A stretch of 28,751 bases of DNA from an uncultured Bacteroides sp. (lineage in GTDB: Bacteria; Bacteroidota; Bacteroidia; Bacteroidales; SM23-62), in assembly GCA_965603745.1 (NCBI GenBank), contig CBFDEE010000001.1:1-28751 (forward strand). The letters are read 5' to 3'. Numbering within the stretch: the stretch's first letter is position 1; each line of letters starts with the position of its first letter. This document shows positions 1-7,490 of the stretch, piece by piece. The position numbers were made by a program, and so were the translations under genes. The notes beneath the pieces were generated by a model, which ran no database searches, was not told where the DNA came from, and saw only the letters and a list, made by a program, of their open reading frames with translations.

Positions 1-50
1 TTCATGCGAGCCCCGTTCATGCGAGCCCCGTTCATGCGAGCCCCGTTCAT
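1..50. repeat. 15-bp tandem repeat TTCATGCGAGCCCCG x3 plus a partial unit, truncated by the window edge
   Basis: Read directly: units at 1-15, 16-30 and 31-45, then TTCAT at 46-50. Confidence 0.95.
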
Positions 51-139
51 TTCAGACAAGTCCAGGCGAGTTCATCCAGGATACCCTGCCCATGCAGCCA
101 GTCCTTGACATTCGATTCGTTCGTTCCTTTATCGGGATG

Positions 140-526
140 TTACCGGTTTTTAGGCAGGAAACTCCTTCTTTTTTTCCGGTGGGGAACTGCTCCGTGCACG
201 CTGGCACCGGTCCAGTTAAGTCCGGTATTTCTCTCCCTGTACTGTGCTTTGACACCGGCCCTCCCGGTTTTGTCACCCTTTTCTATAGCCTCATTCTTCA
301 GTTTTTCCTGGACATCCTTGTCCCGCTTCTGTGATTCAATGAATTCCCGGAATTTCCTCTGTTCAGCACGGTTCTTCAGAATACCGGCTGCCAGGAACAC
401 AAGGATGCCTGCGATGGAAAGCGGAAGAGCGGCCCTGAATGAAGGCAGATCCATAAGGTATCCAATGGCTGCCCAGAAGATCAGTCCCACAGCAATAATC
501 CCTGTTATGCCAAAAAGCCTCTTCAT
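140..526 (-). CDS. Small membrane protein with two N-terminal TM helices, a coiled/charged middle and a basic Gly-rich tail; function unknown
   Basis: 128-aa ORF with two hydrophobic segments. It starts 1 nt after the stop of the upstream TPR gene. Confidence 0.75.
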   Translation of the reverse strand: MKRLFGITGIIAVGLIFWAAIGYLMDLPSFRAALPLSIAGILVFLAAGILKNRAEQRKFREFIESQKRDKDVQEKLKNEAIEKGDKTGRAGVKAQYRERNTGLNWTGASVHGAVPHRKKRRSFLPKNR

Positions 527-527
527 C

Positions 528-1328
528 CTACTTGTCCTTATATGTTTTCCATATTTCCGAGCATCTTGCTGACTCAGCCTCCTTCAGGATCGTAAAGCCC
601 AGTTCGATTGCCCTGTGAAAATCCTCACATGCCTTCTCCTTCTCTCCGAGTTCATAGAGGGCGAGTCCCCTAAGAAAATAAGCGTTCTTTGCTTTGTTAT
701 CCAGTTCGATTGCCCTGCTGCAATCTTCAACGGCTCCTTTCATGTCAGCAGGAAACCTGGAGCCCGCCCGGTTAATCAGGGCCCTGGCATTGTCAGGGTC
801 GTATTCAAGGTACTTATCAAAATCCTTTCCTGCCTCGTAAGATTTACCAATGGCAAGATACAACCTTCCCCTGGAAAGATATGCCTCCGAAGAGGAGGGA
901 TCGGCGTTGATATGTTCGCTCAGCCGGGCAATGAGTTCTTCATGCCCGGGTCTCACCCAGAATCCCATGGTTGCTTTTATCCTGCCCCCGCAATTATCCT
1001 CAATCAGGTCGAAGGAGACGTAGTAATCATTGATATAAATCCTGTATATGCCAGGTTCCGGGCATGTAACGCCTTCTTTATCAACAAATTCAATCCTGTC
1101 CTTCTCCAGGGTATAGGCTGATACGATTTCGATGGTATTGTCATTGCCCAGATCCCCTTCCACTGTACCGTCGGAATTAAAGTTCAGGCTTACCGGTCCC
1201 GCAGGACCAAATCTTATCCATTGTCCTTCGATCCCGTCCCGGGTACCGGGACTGTTATTTTCCTGACAATGCAGGGAAGTTAGGGATAGGCATTGAAGGG
1301 ACAGCAGAATGATCAATACGGTTTTCAT
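528..1328 (-). CDS. Exported protein with an N-terminal beta-rich domain (two Cys) and C-terminal TPR repeats
   Basis: Signal-peptide-like N-terminus. TPR-like patterns AYLSRGRLYLAIG, ALINRAGSR and AYFLRGLALYELGEKEKACEDF. Confidence 0.85.
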   Translation of the reverse strand: MKTVLIILLSLQCLSLTSLHCQENNSPGTRDGIEGQWIRFGPAGPVSLNFNSDGTVEGDLGNDNTIEIVSAYTLEKDRIEFVDKEGVTCPEPGIYRIYINDYYVSFDLIEDNCGGRIKATMGFWVRPGHEELIARLSEHINADPSSSEAYLSRGRLYLAIGKSYEAGKDFDKYLEYDPDNARALINRAGSRFPADMKGAVEDCSRAIELDNKAKNAYFLRGLALYELGEKEKACEDFHRAIELGFTILKEAESARCSEIWKTYKDK

Positions 1329-1339
1329 AATCGTTGGTT

Positions 1340-2524
1340 TTAATTATCTGTAAGATAATGAAGTTGATATACTGTTTTATTCGGTACCCTGAGCTGAATG
1401 GAATCAATACCCGGGGTCTTACTGAAGTATTCCCTGGCATCGCATGAGTCGGGTTCTATCCCGTAATACAGGTAACCTTTGTATGCATAGGATGGCATGG
1501 TGATCTCATACAGGTCTTTCCCGGTTTTTTTCAGGGGAAGGGTAATGGGTTTATCCGGGAACCGGTCGTAAAACATTGAAATATACAGTTTCCCCGGCAC
1601 CAGTTGCTCACCTGGGGAAAGCTGCAGCGTGATTTCATACAGCTTCGGTTTTCCTCCGGGCAGTTTGCTACGGAAAGGGGAATGAATAAAGACGATCATC
1701 AGGCATCCGATCATCAGGCTGAGGATCAGGGTATTTTTCATGGCCCGGGTTACCAGCAGGAAAATCAGGGCCAGCACACTGAAACCAAGGATAAACGCAA
1801 TCAGGAAAAACAGGTAGGCCTGAACCTGACGGTAAAGAGGGAAAGAGGCGACACTAAGGCCCGCCAGGAATAGATTGAACAGACTGAGCGTAAAAAAAGA
1901 CCTGTTATTTCTGAGTTCTTTTTTATCAACAGCAGACCTGTATTCCCGTACATAGTAAATCAGGCATACAATCGAGAAAAAGAACCAGGCGAAAACTGTA
2001 AGGTCTACCCCGTGTCCTCTTGTGCTGATGCCATAATTGCGGTTCAGAAAGATTAACAGTATCCCTGTAATGGTTCCGGCAAAGCTCAGGAAACTTAAAA
2101 GGGACAACAACATGTTGATCTTGCGAACAAACCTTTTACGCAGAAAATCTATGGAGATTCTAAGGTATACGAGTCCGAGGATAAAAAATGAAACCAGCCC
2201 GATCCAGGCACCCGCTCCCTGCAGGTTTACAGTCCAGCCTGCCGCGAAGACCAGAACGGCCAGGATCAGGAGCTTTTTAATACCGACATACCTGTGGTTC
2301 AGGAATTGCTGCACCTCCCGGTGTGCTTCTTTTATCTCTGAACCTCCGGATCCCCCTGCAATACGGCGGTATGATTCTTCAAACGGCAAGCCTTTATTCA
2401 TAAGGGATTCGACATCACAGCATACATGATCGACCCATTCTTCGAAAAGAAAAGACCGCGATTCTTTACGGTTTCTCAGGTCGTTCCGGATCTGGTCAAT
2501 CTGATCTTTGTTCAGGCAGGCCAT
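1340..2524 (-). CDS. PadR-associated polytopic membrane protein: N-terminal helical domain (DHVCC), about 7-8 TM segments, C-terminal soluble beta domain
   Basis: 394-aa ORF 5 nt downstream of padR, with many hydrophobic segments. The N-terminal EEWVDHVCCDVE..M..G..FEE motif resembles helical domains found in PadR-linked membrane proteins. Confidence 0.8.
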   Translation of the reverse strand: MACLNKDQIDQIRNDLRNRKESRSFLFEEWVDHVCCDVESLMNKGLPFEESYRRIAGGSGGSEIKEAHREVQQFLNHRYVGIKKLLILAVLVFAAGWTVNLQGAGAWIGLVSFFILGLVYLRISIDFLRKRFVRKINMLLSLLSFLSFAGTITGILLIFLNRNYGISTRGHGVDLTVFAWFFFSIVCLIYYVREYRSAVDKKELRNNRSFFTLSLFNLFLAGLSVASFPLYRQVQAYLFFLIAFILGFSVLALIFLLVTRAMKNTLILSLMIGCLMIVFIHSPFRSKLPGGKPKLYEITLQLSPGEQLVPGKLYISMFYDRFPDKPITLPLKKTGKDLYEITMPSYAYKGYLYYGIEPDSCDAREYFSKTPGIDSIQLRVPNKTVYQLHYLTDN

Positions 2525-2529
2525 GCTTT

Positions 2530-2853
2530 CTATTTCTTAATAAGCGTTTGCATCAGGTCAAGGTATTCACCGAACTCCCCCCTCAACGATTCTGCTTCCT
2601 TCCTCCCTGCATCTGTAAGCCGGTAATACTTGCGGATCCGGTTTTTTACGTTTTCCGTTTCGGTTATCAGCATTCCTTCCGCTTCCAGTTTATGCAGTGC
2701 CGGGTACAGAGCGGCAAAGGTAAGCCGTATCCTGCCGAGGGACTTTTCCTCAAGCACGCGTGTGATCTCATAGCCGTACATCCTGGGTTCCTTCCGAAGC
2801 AGGTTCATTACCAGGTATTTTAATGTACCTTTTATGAGTTCACGGCTGATCAT
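2530..2853 (-). CDS. PadR-family transcriptional regulator
   Basis: MYGYEI, LYPALHKLE.EG and RKYYRLT..G winged-helix motifs typical of PadR; 107 aa. Confidence 0.93.
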   Translation of the reverse strand: MISRELIKGTLKYLVMNLLRKEPRMYGYEITRVLEEKSLGRIRLTFAALYPALHKLEAEGMLITETENVKNRIRKYYRLTDAGRKEAESLRGEFGEYLDLMQTLIKK

Positions 2854-2860
2854 GGTACAA

Positions 2861-2908
2861 GTATATATAAATTATTTGAATATACAAAGAAATTATATAT
2901 ATAAATTA
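2861..2908. promoter_or_regulatory. Candidate PadR operator/promoter region
   Basis: 13-bp direct repeat TATATATAAATTA at 2862-2874 and 2896-2908. Inverted repeat GTATAT (2861-2866) / ATATAC (2880-2885) just upstream of the padR start. Confidence 0.35.
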
Positions 2909-2984
2909 ATTAGGCTTGCAGCCTGGACGCCGGAATCCCTTTTTCCGGCAACTGTACTTCCAGAAATCACATACAGAAAATGTA

Positions 2985-3677
2985 TTATTCTTCCAGGGCA
3001 TATTTAAGGGCCGCACGTGCAAGTATCCTTGTGGAGTCGAGCACAGGCAGGGGAGATTCTTCCGGAAGTATGATAAGGGGCAGTTCTGTACATCCCAGGA
3101 CAACGGAATCGCAGCCCTTATCTGCAAGTATCCTGATCTGGGTATGCAGGTATTTTTTTGATTCCTCACGGATTTCTCCATAAACCAGTTCATAGAAAAT
3201 AATGCTGTCGATCTTTTCCCTGATTGCCCTGGTGGGAATGCTGTGCTTAAGCTTCGCAGATTTGAATGCTTCTGCATATACCGGCCCCGTCATAAGGTAT
3301 TTTGTCCCCAGTACGGCAGGTTTTCTGAATCCACGGTCCACTGCCTCACCGGCCACTTCACGGGCAATATGAAGCCATGGGAGGGAAGATTCCTTCTCAA
3401 CCTCAGCGAATGCCTGGTGGATGGTATTGTCAGGACAGATAAGGAAATCCGCACCGGCTGATTCCAGCTTCCCTGCAGAGGAGCGCATCAGCCTGGCAAC
3501 ACCTTCCCAGCGGCCCTTGTATATGTATTCCATATACCTGCTGAGAGGATGGGTATGCATGCTGACTTCCGGGTGGGCATGTTCACCCAGGAATTCCGCT
3601 CCCTCTTTGCAAATGGTCTGGTAACAAAGTGCGGCTCCTTCGGCACTGCATCCTACAATTCCGATATGCTTCGCCAT
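2985..3677 (-). CDS. Aspartate/glutamate racemase family protein (PDNT variant)
   Basis: KHIGIVG N-terminus, ICPDNTIH, VLGTKYLM and VLGCTELP motifs of the Asp/Glu racemase fold. Confidence 0.9.
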   Translation of the reverse strand: MAKHIGIVGCSAEGAALCYQTICKEGAEFLGEHAHPEVSMHTHPLSRYMEYIYKGRWEGVARLMRSSAGKLESAGADFLICPDNTIHQAFAEVEKESSLPWLHIAREVAGEAVDRGFRKPAVLGTKYLMTGPVYAEAFKSAKLKHSIPTRAIREKIDSIIFYELVYGEIREESKKYLHTQIRILADKGCDSVVLGCTELPLIILPEESPLPVLDSTRILARAALKYALEE

Positions 3678-3730
3678 AAAGTAAAGTTATGTAAAATAAT
3701 CCCAGTTGTCTCAGAAAGTCCGGTATAAGT

Positions 3731-3765
3731 AAAAAGAAAAGGCTGCCTCCCCGGGAGACAGCCTT
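3731..3765 (-). terminator. Rho-independent terminator after the His-rich protein gene
   Basis: AAGGCTG-CCTCC-CCG-GGAG-A-CAGCCTT stem with an A-run at 3731-3740 (U-tract on the minus strand). Confidence 0.75.
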
Positions 3766-3788
3766 ATACACTATTATAATGAAAAGAT

Positions 3789-4601
3789 TTACTTCTTTTT
3801 CTTCTTTTTTGTCTCCGTTGCTTCTGCTTTCTCCCCTGCTTCCTTTTCCTCCTCAACTTCAATCCTTACCTTCTTCTTAATTACTTTAACGTCCTCATCA
3901 CCTTTCTTGATGATATAAACCTCCACATTTTCATCTTCTCCCTCGTTGGTCCATTCGAAATCTTCATCGCCTTCCACGATTACCTTGATCTTTTGCTCCT
4001 TCGCCTTGCAATCACCGTCATCGCTGTGAATAATGACCTTGTGCTCAGTAGTCTCATCGCCTTTTGATTTCATGATATGCACAACTTCGCCATCTTCTTC
4101 GGATTCGATAAAAACCATTTCATGATGTTCTCCATGAAGATCATCATCCATGTGCAGTTCATGTTCATTCTCAAGCTCTTTTACCGTGATTTTTCCGTTC
4201 TTTTTCTTGATCACGAGGATTTTGGCATCTCCATGCGCTTCCCTGATGGAATCGATATTAATGTCAGACATCATGTGCTTGCTGTGCAGGCATTCATCAT
4301 CATCGCCTCCGATCCATACCATCTTCTTGTCACCGCTGTGGCTGACATATACATCATGGCTCATATGCTTTGCATGCATATCGCCTCCTGCCAGATGTTC
4401 GATCATTTTTTTTATCATCTCGGGATCCTGTCCCCCATCGAGTTCAAAAGTAGTGTCGGTACTCACCTCCCCGCCCTCGGTTATGGTGATGTGCACCTTT
4501 GAGGATTTTTCCTCCTGTGCCGAGGTATGCTGAATACCCGGAAGCAGGGCCAGGAAAAGTGCAGGGAACAGATAAAGTAAGGTCTTTTTCATAATAGTCA
4601 T
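3789..4601 (-). CDS. Exported low-complexity His/Met/Asp/Glu/Lys-rich protein (start may be 4592)
   Basis: 270-aa ORF with a signal peptide ending TSA-QE, 18 His by manual count, and its own promoter and terminator. Confidence 0.85.
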   Translation of the reverse strand: MTIMKKTLLYLFPALFLALLPGIQHTSAQEEKSSKVHITITEGGEVSTDTTFELDGGQDPEMIKKMIEHLAGGDMHAKHMSHDVYVSHSGDKKMVWIGGDDDECLHSKHMMSDINIDSIREAHGDAKILVIKKKNGKITVKELENEHELHMDDDLHGEHHEMVFIESEEDGEVVHIMKSKGDETTEHKVIIHSDDGDCKAKEQKIKVIVEGDEDFEWTNEGEDENVEVYIIKKGDEDVKVIKKKVRIEVEEEKEAGEKAEATETKKKKKK

Positions 4602-4623
4602 TTTAAGTTATACTGGACATGCA

Positions 4624-4631
4624 CAAATCTA
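4624..4631 (-). promoter_or_regulatory. Bacteroidota -7 promoter element TAGATTTG for the His-rich protein gene
   Basis: Exact TAnnTTTG match about 23 nt upstream of the start codon. Confidence 0.55.
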
Positions 4632-4653
4632 AGATCAATTTGATATAAAGAGA

Positions 4654-4680
4654 CTTAATGAATGTTAAAGATTGTTAAAA
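4654..4680. promoter_or_regulatory. Triple direct repeat with 10-bp period (cTTAA/gTTAA/gTTAA); candidate OmpR-type regulator binding site
   Basis: TTAA at 4655, 4665 and 4675; TGTTAAA at 4663 and 4673. It lies between the two divergent -7 elements. Confidence 0.5.
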
Positions 4681-4706
4681 GACAGGCCCGGAGTCCCCCG
4701 CAGAAT

Positions 4707-4714
4707 TATCTTTG
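4707..4714 (+). promoter_or_regulatory. Bacteroidota -7 element TATCTTTG for rprXY
   Basis: Exact TAnnTTTG match 7 nt upstream of the ATG at 4722. Confidence 0.55.
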
Positions 4715-4721
4715 TATGCAA

Positions 4722-6329
4722 ATGAGCCGCAGGATCCTCTGGATAATATCAATTTTCATGGCGGTTGCCATGGTATTCCTGATCATCGTACAGACGTACT
4801 GGATCAATAATGCCTACAGGCTGAAGGAAAAACAGTTCAGTCAGGTGGTGAACCAGACTCTGTACCAAACCGTTCAGGAAATCCAGGAGCGGGAAGCCAT
4901 GTGGCATATCATGGATGAGGCAGAGATACTCGACTCTACCTGGGAGGAAGCCTACTTTGACCTGGACAACGGCGGCATGGCTTATTATGAGGAGTACAAT
5001 CTGGATATCAATGCACATATCCAGTCTGATGGAAACCTGGACCAGTCCGTCTACATTTATCAGAGGTCCATCCCTGGAAGCCAGAAGCATGAACTTACCA
5101 TCATTGCCGATGATTCTATTATCCATATGGACAACCACGACGGACATGCCTATTTTGATTCAAGCAACCTGGGCAAGGTCAGCATTGTTCACCCCCGGCA
5201 GCTCAAATCCAGTATTGAGAAGAAGATGGCTGAAAACCGGGTTTTTATTGATCGCATGATGGACAGGATGGTATCGATCAATGCTCCGATCGAAAAGAGA
5301 GTCCGTCCGGAAGTGCTCGATCATGTCCTGCGCAGCCATCTGGTCCATAGCGGGATAGATCTTGATTTTGAATATGCCGTGCTGAGAGAGAATATGAGCG
5401 TGGCATTTACCAGTGAGAATTACAAGAATGATGAGGAAAGTGAGTACTACCATACCAGCCTGTTTCCCCAGGACCTTTTTTCACGTCCGGGCTATCTTTC
5501 GGTTTACTTTCCGCATCGCACCAGTTTTCTGCTGAGATCTCTTGGTTTTATGGGAATTTCCTCGATGATCCTGACCATCGTAGTGATCCTGGGATTTTCT
5601 CTTACCATATTTATTATTTTCAGGCAGAAAAGATTGTCCGAGATCAAAAATGATTTTGTAAGCAACATGACCCATGAATTGAAGACCCCGATCTCAACAA
5701 TCTCTCTCGCTTCCCAGATGCTGAACGATGATAGTATACCGGAAGATTCAAAAAACCTGAATAACATATCAAGGATCATCGGCGACGAGAGCAAACGGCT
5801 CGGTTACCAGGTTGAGAAGGTACTTCAGATGGCCGTATTTGACCGTGGAAGGATCCGGCTGAAAAGGAAAAAAACCGATATCAACGACCTTGTCCGGAAT
5901 GTTATTACGAACTTTGACCTGCAGGTGAAGAAAAGGGAAGGTTCGATAACCGGGGAATTGGATGCTGAAGAAATCCTTCTAAATGTTGACCCGGTACATT
6001 TCACCAATGTTGTCTCGAACCTGGTGGATAATGCGATTAAGTATTCGAAGGATGCACCCGAGATCCGGATACAGACCCTGAACCGGAGCGGAAACCTTCT
6101 AATAAAGATTTCTGACCGGGGAATAGGAATTAAAAAAGAAGACCAGCGGAGGATTTTCGAGAAGTTCTACCGGGTGCCGACAGGCAATGTTCACAATGTG
6201 AAAGGATTTGGCCTGGGACTCAGTTACGTGAAAAAGATCGTTGAGGAGCACCGGGGCAGCGTAAGTCTGAAAAGCGAAATAAACAAAGGAACCGAATTTG
6301 AGATATCCATTCCCTTAAACCACAAATAA
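4722..6329 (+). CDS. rprX: Sensor histidine kinase (RprX-like)
   Basis: Two TM helices flank a periplasmic domain. H-box THELKTPI, N-box NLVDNAIKYS, DRGIGI and GFGLGL. Start moved from 4662 to MSRR at 4722 because of the promoter position. Confidence 0.9.
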   Translation: MSRRILWIISIFMAVAMVFLIIVQTYWINNAYRLKEKQFSQVVNQTLYQTVQEIQEREAMWHIMDEAEILDSTWEEAYFDLDNGGMAYYEEYNLDINAHIQSDGNLDQSVYIYQRSIPGSQKHELTIIADDSIIHMDNHDGHAYFDSSNLGKVSIVHPRQLKSSIEKKMAENRVFIDRMMDRMVSINAPIEKRVRPEVLDHVLRSHLVHSGIDLDFEYAVLRENMSVAFTSENYKNDEESEYYHTSLFPQDLFSRPGYLSVYFPHRTSFLLRSLGFMGISSMILTIVVILGFSLTIFIIFRQKRLSEIKNDFVSNMTHELKTPISTISLASQMLNDDSIPEDSKNLNNISRIIGDESKRLGYQVEKVLQMAVFDRGRIRLKRKKTDINDLVRNVITNFDLQVKKREGSITGELDAEEILLNVDPVHFTNVVSNLVDNAIKYSKDAPEIRIQTLNRSGNLLIKISDRGIGIKKEDQRRIFEKFYRVPTGNVHNVKGFGLGLSYVKKIVEEHRGSVSLKSEINKGTEFEISIPLNHK

Positions 6330-6338
6330 AACCCGTTC

Positions 6339-7031
6339 ATGAGCGAAGAAAAGACCAGAATAATGCTGGCGGAGGATGATGAAAACCTGGGCTCCCTGCT
6401 CAGGGAATATCTCCAGGCAAAATCCTACGATACTCACTGGCTTACTGACGGGGAGAAAGCCTATAACAGTTTTAAGAAGAACAAGTATGATATCTGCATT
6501 CTTGATATCATGATGCCTGTAAAGGACGGATTCACCCTGGCCAGGGAGATCAGGATAATCGATCCCGAAGTCCCGGTTATATTTCTGACAGCAAAATCGA
6601 TGAAAGACGATGTGCTGGAGGGATTCTCCATAGGCGCCGACGACTATATCACCAAGCCGTTCAGCATGGAAGAGCTGTTATTTCGGATCGAGGCAATATT
6701 ACGCCGGACCCGGGGAAAAGGAATCCAGAGTAAGCAGGCGGTATTCGAGATAGGCCAATTTCATTTCGATGCCAACAAGCAGGTCCTTACTCTTGGCGAT
6801 GAAACACAGAAGCTCACTACAAAGGAGAGCGAACTTTTAAAATTACTGTGCAACAATGCCAACAACGTCCTTGAGAGGAATTTTGCACTGAAAACGATAT
6901 GGGTGGATGACAATTATTTCAACGCCCGCAGTATGGATGTTTACATCACCAAGCTGAGGAAATACCTTAAGGGGGATCCTTCAGTCGAGATCATGAACAT
7001 TCACGGTAAGGGATATAAGCTGATTATGTAA
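6339..7031 (+). CDS. rprY: OmpR/PhoB-family response regulator (RprY-like)
   Basis: EDDENLG, DIMMP, FLTAK, GADDYITKPF and WVDDNYFNARSMDVYITKLRK, very close to the remembered Bacteroides RprY sequence. Confidence 0.92.
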   Translation: MSEEKTRIMLAEDDENLGSLLREYLQAKSYDTHWLTDGEKAYNSFKKNKYDICILDIMMPVKDGFTLAREIRIIDPEVPVIFLTAKSMKDDVLEGFSIGADDYITKPFSMEELLFRIEAILRRTRGKGIQSKQAVFEIGQFHFDANKQVLTLGDETQKLTTKESELLKLLCNNANNVLERNFALKTIWVDDNYFNARSMDVYITKLRKYLKGDPSVEIMNIHGKGYKLIM

Positions 7032-7039
7032 AGACAGGC

Positions 7040-7465
7040 TCACAGCATGAGCTTTTTTCTTGATTTCAGGGAATCAGGTTCGATTCGGACTGCCAGCGCA
7101 ATACCCTCCAGGGCTCTCAGTTTTCTGACCATCTTTTCAAGGTAATCCTTTTCCAGTTCACCGCTGATCTGCAGAATGTAATCAAGATTGGTCATTTCTT
7201 CGAGCAGGTAACCGTTCTCGCATTTGTTCGATATCAGGCGGAAAAACAGCAGTGTATCCTCATCAGAATACTGAAACTGATGAAAGGCCTGAAGATCATC
7301 CAGTTTCTTATGGTATATCTCCAGATCCTCTTTTCTTGTAAGCCGGAATTTAAAGGCATTATTCAACATCCAGCTCATACGGTAATCATTCTCGGGTGAG
7401 GAAATACCGATAAGTCTGAAATCACAGGTTTCTTTTTCTTTCAGTGTATGGATCCTTTTTGGCAT
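7040..7465 (-). CDS. IPExxxVDY-family protein
   Basis: DYRMSWMLN and LLEEMTNLDYILQI motifs, in the typical position after rnc. Start taken at MPKRIH (7465) to avoid overlapping rnc. Confidence 0.75.
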   Translation of the reverse strand: MPKRIHTLKEKETCDFRLIGISSPENDYRMSWMLNNAFKFRLTRKEDLEIYHKKLDDLQAFHQFQYSDEDTLLFFRLISNKCENGYLLEEMTNLDYILQISGELEKDYLEKMVRKLRALEGIALAVRIEPDSLKSRKKLML

Positions 7466-7490
7466 ATCGGGTACGGTTCGTCGTCGGATC

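Noticed and set aside
1-50. Possible CRISPR array at the window start
   Set aside because: The units are contiguous 15-mers with no spacers, and there are no cas genes in the window.
52-276. 74-aa minus-strand ORF ending next to the tandem repeat
   Set aside because: It overlaps the better-supported 140..526 gene in another frame and has no protein-like features.
4662-4721. Longer N-terminus of the histidine kinase
   Set aside because: It overlaps the promoter box and the phased repeat; MSRR at 4722 directly precedes TM1.
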